Shown here piece after piece: positions 38,277 to 48,236 of a stretch of 64,000 nucleotides of DNA. The notes under the pieces were generated by a model. It did no database searches, had not been told where the DNA came from, and worked only from the letters and a program-made list of their open reading frames with translations. The stretch's first letter is position 1; the number at the start of each line of letters is the position of its first letter. The position numbers and the translations under genes were made by a program. Origin of the DNA: Candidatus Poribacteria bacterium (GTDB lineage Bacteria; Poribacteria; WGA-4E; WGA-3G); the NCBI GenBank assembly GCA_965242965.1, contig OZ251518.1, positions 4,032,001 to 4,096,000 of the forward strand, given 5' to 3'.

Positions 38277-38591
38277 ATGATTCTTTATGAAATCGTTAAA
38301 GAGCAAATCGAGGCGCGTCAGCGCACGCGCATTGCCGCCCACGAAGCGCGCGGCGAAGAGCGAGGTATCAAACTCGGTGAAGAGCGGGGTATCAAACTTG
38401 GCGAAGAGCGAGGTATCAAACTCGGCGAAGAACGAGGTATCAAACTCGGCGAAGAACGCGGCAAGGAATTAGAACGCGACACCTGGGTAGACTGGCTTGA
38501 ACGCCGAGACGCAGCGGCAGCGGCGGGAGAACCGTTCACCGAACCGAATCCTGCCGAGAAACACAACGGCACCTCACCGCCTGCACCCTAG
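38277..38591 (+). CDS. Tandem duplicate of the 3' half of the preceding gene with expanded 24-bp repeat
   Basis: Same protein as 38021-38263 but with 4 rather than 1 GEERGIKL units. Confidence 0.55.
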   Translation: MILYEIVKEQIEARQRTRIAAHEARGEERGIKLGEERGIKLGEERGIKLGEERGIKLGEERGKELERDTWVDWLERRDAAAAAGEPFTEPNPAEKHNGTSPPAP

Positions 38592-38687
38592 CCGAGACTC
38601 GCCAGCACTTGCGGCGAGAATCAATGAACTCGGTAGGCGCGGTTGCAAACCGCGCCTACCGACAGATTAGGAGAATGACAACAAACA

Positions 38688-39638
38688 ATGGATTTTCGTG
38701 CATTGCACCCCGAAGAATTAGAGGCATGGTTTGACCACGTCGGACATGTCTTCTCAACCTCGCGGCAATACTTTGTCAATCATTGGCAAAATGATCCGTG
38801 GAAAGACTTTGAGGGCATCCGTGTCGCTGTGGACAACGGACAGATTGTCAGCACGCTTCGCGTTTTTATCCGTTCTATGTTCCTGCACGGCGAACCGGTT
38901 TCCGTGGGCGGCATCGGCGAGGTAAGCACGCTGCCCGAATACCGCCGACGCGGACTTGCGACGCAACTGCTCAAGGATGCCATCTGTTTCATGGAAGAAC
39001 GCGAAATCGCTGTATCGTCCCTTCACGGTTCTCAGCGCATTTACTCGGCTGAGGGATGGGAAAGCGTGCCTCGGCATGAGGCGATGCAACACTTTTCGCA
39101 GCGCGAAAGCACGGACTGGACGATACGCCCAGTCGATTTCAATTCGCAAAATGAACTCGCGCAGATTGCGACACTTTATGATAGTTATTCGCGCAAATTC
39201 AACGGGGCCTTTGTCCGAGATGAACCGGCGTATTGGACAGATTGGGTGCAAACCGAATCCCCGAATGCATGGATTGCAGAAAAATCGGGGATGTTGGAAG
39301 GTTACATCGCCGTCGCTGGAAAATTGAGTGTTGAAGAGTTCGCCGTTTCTGATGCGCAATTCGCGCAGGATAGAGGCAAACGGCTATTTGAGGCGATGCT
39401 TGGGCATATCATCGCGCAGCAGGAAGCGGAGACGCTTGAGGTGAAATACGCGGCACCGATTGCCGACGGGTTCAACGCGCCCAAAGTTCATGCTTACGGC
39501 GGCACGATGTATCGCATCATGAACGCCGACAAAATGCCGCGTTGTGATTCACTGCCCGCGCTCCTGCACAATCAACCGGAATCTTTGACACAAGGAATCC
39601 AGTCACATCATATTTTTTGGCCTACCGATGGGTTTTAG
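38688..39638 (+). CDS. GNAT family N-acetyltransferase (Eis-like N-terminus)
   Basis: GGIGEVSTLPEYRRRGLATQL acetyl-CoA motif; IYS.EGW. Confidence 0.85.
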   Translation: MDFRALHPEELEAWFDHVGHVFSTSRQYFVNHWQNDPWKDFEGIRVAVDNGQIVSTLRVFIRSMFLHGEPVSVGGIGEVSTLPEYRRRGLATQLLKDAICFMEEREIAVSSLHGSQRIYSAEGWESVPRHEAMQHFSQRESTDWTIRPVDFNSQNELAQIATLYDSYSRKFNGAFVRDEPAYWTDWVQTESPNAWIAEKSGMLEGYIAVAGKLSVEEFAVSDAQFAQDRGKRLFEAMLGHIIAQQEAETLEVKYAAPIADGFNAPKVHAYGGTMYRIMNADKMPRCDSLPALLHNQPESLTQGIQSHHIFWPTDGF

Positions 39639-39760
39639 CATCTATCGTCGTGTCAGGTTTGCGAGGGACAGGCCCTCGCGCTACGGGCACAGGCAAAAAG
39701 GTCGGGTTTGCGAGGGACAGGCCCTCGCGCTACGGACACTGGCAAAAGGAAGAGGAGAAC

Positions 39761-40765
39761 ATGAACATGGCAAAATTACGCGTTGGAGTTATTGGATGTA
39801 GCGGCATCGGCACGACACATGCCTCCGGCTTAGTCGGATTGCCGAACGTTGAACTCGCCGCCGGGTGCGATTTTGTCCAAAGCACCCTTGACGCTTTCAA
39901 AGCGAAATGGCAGGATAACTGGCAGGACATATCCCTCTATACCAACCATCGGGAAATGCTCGCCGATGCGAATGTAGACATCGTCACCGTTGCAACGTCA
40001 GACCATCGGCATGCAGACCTGGTTGTTGACGCGGCGAACGCTGGTGTCAAGGGCATCTTCTGTGAGAAGCCGATGGCTACCAGCGTTGAAGATGCCGATA
40101 GGATGCTGGAGGCAACGGAACGAAATAACACGATTCTCTCGGTCGATCACACGCGCAGGTGGCAGCCGTTATGGCGGCATACGAAAGAGAAAGTCGTTGG
40201 GAGCGGCATGATTGGCGATGTCCAATATGTCATCGGCACGCTGAGCGGCGGCCGCGCGATGCTCTTCCGTAACGGCACGCACCTTGTTGACGCTATCTGC
40301 TACTTCGCCGAGTCGGCACCGGAGTGGGTCTCGGCAGAATTGGAAGACGGCTACGAAGCATATAGCGAGTATCAGGGCGACGGAGGACATGTCCCCGCCA
40401 CCGAACCGTCGGCGCATGGGTATATCCACTTCGCCAACGGCGTGCGCGGCTATTACGCAGGCGGCCCGAAGACAACGCTTGCCGGTTTCCGCCTTGAAAT
40501 CGTCGGCACGAAGGGCTATATCCTCATCAGCGACAAAGGCGCGATGCTCCACCAAGGCGACGATATCAGCGAGATTATTGCACCGGTGTGGGATGTCGTT
40601 GGCATTCCGGCGGGAGTGCAAGAACTCGTCAGTCTTGTCGCAGATGGCGGCGAACCAGTCTCTCCCGGCAGTGAGGGCCACAAAGTGGTTGAGATTATCA
40701 TCGGTTTCCTTACCTCGCAGCAGCGGGAAAATGGAAAGGTGCGTCTGCCGTTGCCGCGGGGATAG
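39761..40765 (+). CDS. Gfo/Idh/MocA family oxidoreductase
   Basis: VGVIGCSGIG, CEKPMA, GTHLVD; start at 39761 or 39767 (GAGGAG RBS). Confidence 0.9.
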   Translation: MNMAKLRVGVIGCSGIGTTHASGLVGLPNVELAAGCDFVQSTLDAFKAKWQDNWQDISLYTNHREMLADANVDIVTVATSDHRHADLVVDAANAGVKGIFCEKPMATSVEDADRMLEATERNNTILSVDHTRRWQPLWRHTKEKVVGSGMIGDVQYVIGTLSGGRAMLFRNGTHLVDAICYFAESAPEWVSAELEDGYEAYSEYQGDGGHVPATEPSAHGYIHFANGVRGYYAGGPKTTLAGFRLEIVGTKGYILISDKGAMLHQGDDISEIIAPVWDVVGIPAGVQELVSLVADGGEPVSPGSEGHKVVEIIIGFLTSQQRENGKVRLPLPRG

Positions 40766-40776
40766 TGGAGAAAGTT

Positions 40777-41268
40777 ATGGAAGCGACTTTTCGTCCGGAA
40801 AAATTCCAAAAGGTCTTGATGTCGTATTTAATTATGTGGGGCATCCTGTGGGCAGCGATCGTGCTGATTGTCAGCTTTGCGCCGCCGCATCGTGTTTTCG
40901 GGAAAGTTATCCTATACGGCACCACCTCGGTCGGTTACTTTGCGAACGGTTTATTTTCTCTCGGTGTAATAACGATCAGTCCAATTGTCTCGGTTGGGGT
41001 TATCGCTATCGGCCCGGGTGCCTGTGGGGTTATTGCGCTCGGCGGTGGCGGTGCGTGTGGGATTTACGCTGTCGGCGCGCATGCGGTAGGCGTTTTTGCT
41101 ATCGGGATAAACGCCCTCGGTCTCTTTACGTTGTCGCATTCGGAGAGCGGGAGGGGCCAGTATGTTTTCTCACCGAAACGCCAAGATGCGCGGGCGGTAA
41201 GACTCTATACGCGTTGGTTTCCGCAGTTTAAGCAAGCGTATCAGTCGGATGCTGAAGAGGAAAAATAG
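40777..41268 (+). CDS. Glycine-rich membrane protein of unknown function
   Basis: TM helix followed by repeated G-x-x-[AS]-x-G units; follows the oxidoreductase closely. Confidence 0.65.
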   Translation: MEATFRPEKFQKVLMSYLIMWGILWAAIVLIVSFAPPHRVFGKVILYGTTSVGYFANGLFSLGVITISPIVSVGVIAIGPGACGVIALGGGGACGIYAVGAHAVGVFAIGINALGLFTLSHSESGRGQYVFSPKRQDARAVRLYTRWFPQFKQAYQSDAEEEK

Positions 41269-41304
41269 TGGCAAATGATGTTGAGCGGCAAAAACCGTCC
41301 TTCT

Positions 41305-41702
41305 GTTCGTAGGGCGAGGGCCTGTCCCTCGCCATCCCTTCTGTCTGGAGCAGGATTTCCAAGATGAGCAAGATATGAGCAGGATTTCCAAGATTTTCAA
41401 GATTAGCAGGATTAGGCGGTTTTTATTGCGCCGAAAGTCTCTTTAGGTCTGTAAGACCTTAATGTCTATAGAGCAATGCGACGCGAAGATGGCTAAGGTC
41501 TGTAGGACCTTAATATGCGTTTTATTTGGTGGCTATCCGAACCACGCCGCTGAACCGTAGGGCGAGGGCCTGTCCCTCGCCGTGCCTCGGTCTTAACAGC
41601 AAATGTCCGTGGCATCCGGGCTGTGGACGGTTTTCGTTTAGGTCGGTAGATCGCGGGGGACAGGCCCCCGCGCTACGGTGAAACGTAGAAAACCGCGCTA
41701 CG
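41305..41702. repeat. REP cluster with CA(G/A)GATT short repeats and AGGWCC element
   Basis: GTAGGGCGAGGGCCTGTCCCTCGCC x2; CAGGATTTCCAAGAT x2; AGGTCTGTARGACCTTAAT x2. Confidence 0.75.
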
Positions 41703-41734
41703 GGAGCAGCAGCGTTTTTTTCCGCGAAATAACC

Positions 41735-41938
41735 TTGACAAAAAACGCGACATTTGCTAAAATAAACGCAGTTTTAAACATTTTTGGCGATTTTTCGCGT
41801 GAATTTGACTGTTTTCACGATTTTTCGCAGAAAAAGTTTGACAAAAAACCGAAATTCATGTAGAATATGGTTAATTGTCAACATTTCCACGATTTTTCGC
41901 AAAAAAAGTTTGACATTTATTGCATGTTCGTGTATCAT
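41735..41938 (+). promoter_or_regulatory. Three tandem sigma70-type promoters
   Basis: TTGACA-N17-TAAAAT (41735), TTGACA-N17-TAGAAT (41838), TTGACA-N17-TATCAT (41910). Confidence 0.7.
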
Positions 41939-42453
41939 TAATGCAAACGTAGTGATACGCGCGAAAAAAACGCGCCACCGCGAGACCGAAACCGAACAGA
42001 GGAACGATACCGTGAACCAGCGAATTGTTTTTTCCATTGCTAACCAGGTCGCCGTAGACCTGCTTGGGTACCGAGAGATGCACGTTTGCCGTGCGTCTAT
42101 GCCCGTTGTCGCGCCGTCACGAGTTCCCGTCCACCTTAATGCTCAAAAGGGAGGATTTACCCCCCCCTAATTTACTAGCGTTAAGTAGTTTTTTTTTTCT
42201 TCACAAGACAGCGGCGACTTTCGTCGTTCCGTTGTCTTCTACCCCGCACGCATTCGTTGCGTGGCGGGTTATTTTTGTTGCATCGGGACTGGCCCGATGC
42301 ATTTCCCAGGGCTTTCCGAGTAGGAGATTGAAACCGTCCCCGAATTGAATCGACTCACGGTAGAAGGCCACAGTCAATTCGGTGCGCGGACACAATACAT
42401 TTACACACAAAACCCCGCCGTCGCAACAGAAGACAGCGGGGAAGGAGAATAAA

Positions 42454-43077
42454 ATGAAATTCTTAACACTTGCAGTTGCAATAGCACTGCTAGGTATTTT
42501 CGGATGCGATGAACCTAATCAGATGATGCAGCAGGTCACGCGCGAGACAGGCGAGATCGGCGAGACAGGTGAGACGGCTCCAACCGCTGGAGATGTCCTC
42601 ATCGAAAGCCACACGCCGGCACCGTTTCGGTGTCCAGACCCCTATTGGTGCGAGCCCGTCTTTTCTTACACGAACGTGCCGGGCGAGGATAACACAGGGC
42701 AGTTGACGATATACGTTGATATCCCCGAAGCTGTCGGTGACGGTCCTCATACCGTTCATCTGACATACGATCCGGACCTGCTAGAAACGGACATCCCAAA
42801 CCAGCGACTCGCAGAATTCCCAGAGTGGGACTTCAAACGAATGGAGTCCACCTTCTTTCTGAAACGCGGTGACACGATTGTCTTTAAGTATGAGTTGATT
42901 CATGAAGAGGTGCTTGGTGCCGTGATCGGGGTTTGGTACGGCGAAAGCCTCCGGATCCAGGATGCAGAAAATGTCACCGAAGGCGTAGAAGTTGCGTTTG
43001 GAATCGCCTCGGGATGGGACGAGTCGTTGGAGGCACTCGCGGCTGGTGATTTTTGGATAGAGCCGTCCACGGAATGA
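42454..43077 (+). CDS. Acidic lipoprotein of unknown function
   Basis: MKFLTLAVAIALLGIFGC lipobox; AAGGAG RBS; 207 aa. Confidence 0.75.
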   Translation: MKFLTLAVAIALLGIFGCDEPNQMMQQVTRETGEIGETGETAPTAGDVLIESHTPAPFRCPDPYWCEPVFSYTNVPGEDNTGQLTIYVDIPEAVGDGPHTVHLTYDPDLLETDIPNQRLAEFPEWDFKRMESTFFLKRGDTIVFKYELIHEEVLGAVIGVWYGESLRIQDAENVTEGVEVAFGIASGWDESLEALAAGDFWIEPSTE

Positions 43078-43087
43078 GGGACTTATC

Positions 43088-43417
43088 ATGCCAACGCAAA
43101 ATGATGTGCAACTTAACATCAGTGTTCGCGATGGTGCATCACAAACGCTGGCGCGCGTCACGAAACAATTGCAGGCTTTGCAAGGTGCTGTCTCGCAAGT
43201 GACAGCATCTTCGCAACGCCTGACAGATGCATCGAGTCATATCAATAGCGCATTTCAAACGCAACGTCAACGTGTGAATACGCTGGTGAGAATCACGGAT
43301 ACTTATGAGGACAGCTTGCGCGATGTGCAACGTGCAACGGAGAAAGTGCAGGAGAGTCCCGATAGAGGGGCTCGCAAGCGGCGAGCCCCTCTCGTTTTGC
43401 AAATCGGCGATTTATAG
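43088..43417 (+). pseudogene. Coiled-coil fragment resembling the N-terminus of a phage tail tape-measure protein
   Basis: VQLNISVRDGASQTLARV followed by heptad pattern; ORF ends inside a palindrome. Confidence 0.4.
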
Positions 43418-43515
43418 AGAAGAAAGAGTCGGGACCGGGAGGTCCCTCCTACTGCAATTCTCATTTTCGGGACCGGGAGGTCCCTCCTACTGCAATACCA
43501 TTTATTAACTTGGTA

Positions 43516-44643
43516 TTACCCCGTCAGCACAATCGCATTCTCCGCGCGCCAAGTCAGAGACACCTGAGCACCACGACGAAAGCGATGCATCTCACCCGCG
43601 CCAGTATTCTGCTGATGCACAATAACTGGCGTGGGATAATCTGTCTGCACCGTGTATTGAAGCGTCGTGCCGAGATAACTCTCGTCCTGAATGATGCCGT
43701 TTAGGCGCGATACGGCATCGAGATCAGAGGACTCTCCTACCGGAGAGATAAGATCAATGCGTTCCGGCCGAATCGCCACGGTGACAGAGTCACCGGGTTG
43801 GACATTGCCGTTGTGTGTGCAGACGATTTGAATAGGCGGTTCGGTTGCGAGTGCAACGGTTGCGAATTTGGTTGTTGGGGTAAGAGTGGTTTCTAGGCGT
43901 GAAAGCGTCCCTTCAAAAAAATTAGAGGTGCCGATGAAATTTGCGACAAAACGGGTTTGCGGCGCGTCGTAAATTTCGGCAGGCGTGCCTACCTGCAGGA
44001 GCTTCCCATCGCGCATTACCGCAATCCGGTCGGAGAGTGCCAATGCTTCACCCTGGTCATGCGTGACGTAGACGAACGTGATGCCGACTTGACGTTGCAA
44101 CGTTTTGAGTTCGATCTGCATCTGTTTTCGCAACTGTAAATCGAGTGCGGCGAGAGGTTCGTCTAGCAACAGGATAGTGGGTTGGTTGATTAACGCACGC
44201 GCGAGTGCAACGCGTTGCTTTTCGCCCCCGGAGAGTTCACTCGGTTTCCTGTCTCCGTAACCCGGTAGCCTAATGAGTTCAAGGAAACGTTCCACTTCGG
44301 ATGCCGTTTTTGCCTTCGGCATCTTTTTCATCTGCAGTCCAAAGGCGATGTTTTGCGCGACGGTTTTATGCGGAAACAGCGCGTAGTTTTGGAAAACGGT
44401 GTTGACAGGCCGGCGATAGGGTGGCGTTTGCTTCATCGGTTCTCCGTTGATGCAGACCTTCCCGGATGTGGGATAGACAAACCCACCGATGATGCGCAGC
44501 GTGGTGGTTTTCCCGCATCCACTCGGTCCGAGCAGTGAAAAAAATTCGCCGCCTTCTATCTGCAGTGAGACATCGTCCACGGCGCGCGTGTCGCCGAATT
44601 GTTTCGTTACCGATGTGAGGGTAATCTGTCCAACATTTTCCAT
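43516..44643 (-). CDS. potA: Polyamine ABC transporter ATP-binding subunit
   Basis: GPSGCGKTT, VNTVFQNYALFPH, LSGGEKQR, LLLDEPL, FVYVTHDQ, TOBE-like tail. Confidence 0.85.
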   Translation of the reverse strand: MENVGQITLTSVTKQFGDTRAVDDVSLQIEGGEFFSLLGPSGCGKTTTLRIIGGFVYPTSGKVCINGEPMKQTPPYRRPVNTVFQNYALFPHKTVAQNIAFGLQMKKMPKAKTASEVERFLELIRLPGYGDRKPSELSGGEKQRVALARALINQPTILLLDEPLAALDLQLRKQMQIELKTLQRQVGITFVYVTHDQGEALALSDRIAVMRDGKLLQVGTPAEIYDAPQTRFVANFIGTSNFFEGTLSRLETTLTPTTKFATVALATEPPIQIVCTHNGNVQPGDSVTVAIRPERIDLISPVGESSDLDAVSRLNGIIQDESYLGTTLQYTVQTDYPTPVIVHQQNTGAGEMHRFRRGAQVSLTWRAENAIVLTG

Positions 44644-44818
44644 ATTTTCGTAATTTTCGGACTAACCTAAAGCGTTTGAGAACGTCTCTGGATGCGATTC
44701 ACAACAGATCAAGACTAGGCGGGCTTGCCCTACAGGCGTAAGACGAATCCGTAGGAGAGACCTCCCGGTCTCGATGCACTTCCATAGGGGTTTTGCCCTA
44801 CAGGAGTAAGACGAATCC

Positions 44819-46072
44819 TCAGAGGTTTGTTCTCTGGCAAACGACGATGTTTTCTTCATGCATTGTTGCGGCTGTTTTCCCGGCGACGTTGGTGGGGCTA
44901 TTCTTGTGGGGCATCCGTTTGTTCGGGATGTTCCGAACGATGGTTTCCTGATGCGAAAAGCCGTGTCGCCCGAACTCAGCAATCACAAACGCATCTGTCG
45001 GAAGCATCACGCCTTTCACACTGCGATTGCCGACAACGTAGCACACCGTCGCGCGGGCGGAGAGTATCTTCGCGACGGTATGGATACTTCGCCCGAGGTC
45101 GATGTAGAAGGCGGAAACTTGTTGCGCCCGCTTCGCGTCGACAGACCGGATTTCCTCAATAGCCGCGTCTACCGGCGAGTCGGCTAATTTGCTTTCGGTA
45201 TGATAGCCACCCATTGCAAGTCTGTCTACTTTTCGCGCATTGGGCAAGCCGAGCCATTCAGCGGCGAGGCGTGAGAATTGTCCATACGCAACCGTCGTGT
45301 GCGAATCACCGTAGGGTGGAGATGTAACGACGATGTCATATCCGCCTAACGGACGCGGCATCGGGAACTCTCCAGAGACTGTATTAACGCCAGAGACTGA
45401 TGCCTCAACGTTTTGCCGTTTCTCCATGAACCTCACTAATCCCTGCTGATTTCGGCTCAGTTTCTTGCGAAAAATGCCGAAAACATCGGGTTGAAAGCGC
45501 GCCAGTTTCTCGGCAGGCATCCGATGCAATTTGAATTCACCGTTTCGGGTATAGGAACATTCGCGCACCGTTTCCGAAAAGGCTATCCACAGAAAGTTGC
45601 GAACTGTCTCCTCTTCCACCTCGCCTATCCACGCGCGCAGAAAAGCGAGGGTTCTGATGACTTCTTCAGAAAACCAATATGCCAAATTCGGAATCTCCGG
45701 AACAGGTTTTTCCGGCACCTTATCGGAAAACTCCACCTGAAAGAGACAATCGTTCAGTTTGTCAAGATGCGCAGCGAGGAGTCGAGGCGGAATCGGGGTT
45801 AACTTGGCCGTGGCTATCAGGCGCACGAGTGGATTGATGTCGCACCCCACGCTGTGCATGCCGAACAACGATGCCTCCACCAATGAAGTGCCTGTGCCGC
45901 AATACGGATCCAGCAGCCATCTGCCTTTCATGCCGTAACGCTTCAGAAGTTTCCGCGCGATTTGCGGAATCATCATGGCGGGATACGTGTGGAAGCAGTG
46001 GGTATATTCCTTCGTGTCGGCAGCCCGGAAATCCCATGCTTCGTCTTTGTATTTACGGTTTTCTCGATTCAT
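44819..46072 (-). CDS. N4-cytosine DNA methyltransferase (M.MvaI-like)
   Basis: H.YPAMMIP, DPYCGTGT (motif I) preceding TSPPY (motif IV); ATGA overlap with the endonuclease gene. Confidence 0.85.
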   Translation of the reverse strand: MNRENRKYKDEAWDFRAADTKEYTHCFHTYPAMMIPQIARKLLKRYGMKGRWLLDPYCGTGTSLVEASLFGMHSVGCDINPLVRLIATAKLTPIPPRLLAAHLDKLNDCLFQVEFSDKVPEKPVPEIPNLAYWFSEEVIRTLAFLRAWIGEVEEETVRNFLWIAFSETVRECSYTRNGEFKLHRMPAEKLARFQPDVFGIFRKKLSRNQQGLVRFMEKRQNVEASVSGVNTVSGEFPMPRPLGGYDIVVTSPPYGDSHTTVAYGQFSRLAAEWLGLPNARKVDRLAMGGYHTESKLADSPVDAAIEEIRSVDAKRAQQVSAFYIDLGRSIHTVAKILSARATVCYVVGNRSVKGVMLPTDAFVIAEFGRHGFSHQETIVRNIPNKRMPHKNSPTNVAGKTAATMHEENIVVCQRTNL

Positions 46073-46758
46073 ACCAAGTCTTCCCGTTTTCCAAAGCACA
46101 AGTTTAAGAATCTCTGGTCGATCCGAAAACCGGTGCCGTGATTCCTCACTCCGCCATTCTCGTTCAGGTGCATCCGCACGTCAACGATGACGATATCCTT
46201 CCGAATCAAATCTAAGAAATTATCCGCTTGAGGTTGTGTGAGGAAAACTGCCTCGTTAAACCAGAATTCCTCTTTCCTGTCTGAATTTATCCGGGTATCG
46301 GCGTAAACGATAACCAGAGTCGGCATCTTCTCCCGGAAGGTCTCCATCACGCGCGCCGCCGACCACTCAGCAATAAGGGTTCCATCGACGTGAAAAAGTC
46401 TGACAGCGGCTTGTTCAACTTTCACGTAAAGTCCCTGATTATTGGGTCGATTGTTGACGGTGCAGTAGAGAGAGGGACGGCCGTTGGTATCAACATAGCC
46501 GTAGTTCTCAATCAGTTCACGCTGTTTTATCTTCCAAACGCCACGGTTGAAAGTAAACAGGGTGACTCGGTTTGAGACGGCCTTTCTCTGCGATTTCACC
46601 TCAATTTCACCGAAATCAGGAGATTTCAGGTTATTCTCCTTTAATCCGAGCAAAGTTTCCAGGGTATACCCGATGCCGGTGTTGCTTTTTCGCAATGAGA
46701 CAACATAGCCGCGTTCCTTGATTGCAGCCAGTTTGTCTTTTAACTCCGTTATATCCAT
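46069..46758 (-). CDS. MvaI/BcnI family restriction endonuclease
   Basis: TGIGYTLE.LLG..ENN...PD..EIEVK, TLF, RNHGTGFR. Confidence 0.85.
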   Translation of the reverse strand: MDITELKDKLAAIKERGYVVSLRKSNTGIGYTLETLLGLKENNLKSPDFGEIEVKSQRKAVSNRVTLFTFNRGVWKIKQRELIENYGYVDTNGRPSLYCTVNNRPNNQGLYVKVEQAAVRLFHVDGTLIAEWSAARVMETFREKMPTLVIVYADTRINSDRKEEFWFNEAVFLTQPQADNFLDLIRKDIVIVDVRMHLNENGGVRNHGTGFRIDQRFLNLCFGKREDLV

Positions 46759-46767
46759 ATTGCACCT

Positions 46768-48213
46768 TCACTCAGCGGATAGTACCCGCGTCAAAATCTG
46801 ATTCACCAGTTGCGGATTCGCCTTGCCGCGCGTCGCACGCATGACCTGGCCGACAAGGAACCCAATCGCCTTCTTCTTGCCATCGCGGTAATCTTGCGCG
46901 GGACCGGGATGCTCCTCCACCACTTGTTGCACAATCGCCTCGATTTCCGAGGTATCGGTAATCTGCGACAACCCCTTCGCTTTCACGATGTCCTTCGGCA
47001 TTTCGCCTGTCTCAAAAGCATCGTCAAGCACTGACTTGGCAATCTTGCCGCTGATGGTAGCGTCATTAATCAGTTGGATGAGCTCGCTCAGATGCGCCGG
47101 TGTGACTTTCGCATCGGGGATGTCTATCTCCGCAGCGTTGAGTAACCGCGAAATATCTCCCATTATCCAGTTCGCGCACGCCGTCGGTTCGCCGCTAAGT
47201 TGCGCCGCTTCATCGTAGAAGTCAGCGAGGTGACGGGTGGCAGTCAGGAACTCCGCGTTTTCGGTGGAGATGCCGTAGTCGGCGATGAACCGTTTGCGGC
47301 GAGCCGCGGGGAGTTCAGGAAGCGTCGGTTGGAGCCCGGCGAGCCAGTCGGCATCGATTTGAACGTGAACCAGGTCTGGTTCAGGGAAATAGCGGTAGTC
47401 GTCCGCTTCTTCTTTGCCGCGCATGGCTGCCGTTTTGCCGGTGCTGGCATCGAACAACAGCGTCTCTTGGATAACCTCGCCGCCGGCATCCAGAATCCGT
47501 GCCTGCCGTTGCACCTCGTATTGCATCGCGTCAAGCAGTTCCTGAAACGAGTTCTTGTTCTTAATCTCGGTGCGCGTGCCTAATTCTTGGCTGCCCATGG
47601 GACGGAGGGAGAGGTTCGGTTCGCACCGGAGGCTTCCCTCTTCCATGTTGCAATCGCTTACACCGATGTATTCCAAAATCTCTTTGACGGCGCGGCAGTA
47701 GGCGACTGCCTCTTCGGGAGAATGGATTTCGGGTTCACTCACAATTTCCAAGAGCGGCACACCGGCGCGATTGAAGTCCATGAAACTCCGCGTCGCGTCG
47801 CCGGTGACTTCGGCGTGGACAGATTTGCCGGTATCCTCTTCCAAATGGATTCGGCGGAGGGCAACGGTGCGGGGTGCGCCGTTAAAGTTGAAGGTGACTT
47901 GTCCGTTCAGACATAACGGCATGTCATACTGCGAGATCTGGTAGTTTTTCGGCAGGTCTGGGTAGAAATAGTTCTTCCTGTCAAACTTGCTGTATGGCGT
48001 GATGTCGCAATCCATCGCCAAGCCGGCGCGCACGGCAAACTCCACGGCGCGCTTGTTGATAACCGGCAGCGTGCCCGGCATCGCTAGGCAGACGGGACAG
48101 GTGCAGTCGTTCGCCGCCGCACCGAAGGTATACGCGCAATGGCAGAAGAGTTTGCTTTCCGTGCATAACTCGGCGTGAATCTCTAACCCGATGACTGTTT
48201 CGTATTTTTGCAT
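46768..48213 (-). CDS. gatB: Asp/Glu-tRNA amidotransferase subunit B
   Basis: IGLEIH, FDRKNYFYPDLPK, HLEEDTGK, NRAGVPLLEIV, DYRYFPEPDL, GQVMRATRGKANP. Confidence 0.97.
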   Translation of the reverse strand: MQKYETVIGLEIHAELCTESKLFCHCAYTFGAAANDCTCPVCLAMPGTLPVINKRAVEFAVRAGLAMDCDITPYSKFDRKNYFYPDLPKNYQISQYDMPLCLNGQVTFNFNGAPRTVALRRIHLEEDTGKSVHAEVTGDATRSFMDFNRAGVPLLEIVSEPEIHSPEEAVAYCRAVKEILEYIGVSDCNMEEGSLRCEPNLSLRPMGSQELGTRTEIKNKNSFQELLDAMQYEVQRQARILDAGGEVIQETLLFDASTGKTAAMRGKEEADDYRYFPEPDLVHVQIDADWLAGLQPTLPELPAARRKRFIADYGISTENAEFLTATRHLADFYDEAAQLSGEPTACANWIMGDISRLLNAAEIDIPDAKVTPAHLSELIQLINDATISGKIAKSVLDDAFETGEMPKDIVKAKGLSQITDTSEIEAIVQQVVEEHPGPAQDYRDGKKKAIGFLVGQVMRATRGKANPQLVNQILTRVLSAE

Positions 48214-48236
48214 AATTTTCCTCAACCGCGATTTTT

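Noticed and set aside
39617-39760. N-terminal extension of the oxidoreductase
   Set aside because: It is encoded by two REP copies; the RBS and Rossmann fold begin at 39761-39767.
42067-42099. Additional GGTACC...CGTCTA ECF promoter
   Set aside because: Spacing is 21 bp rather than 16 and the conserved TTTTG spacer start is missing.
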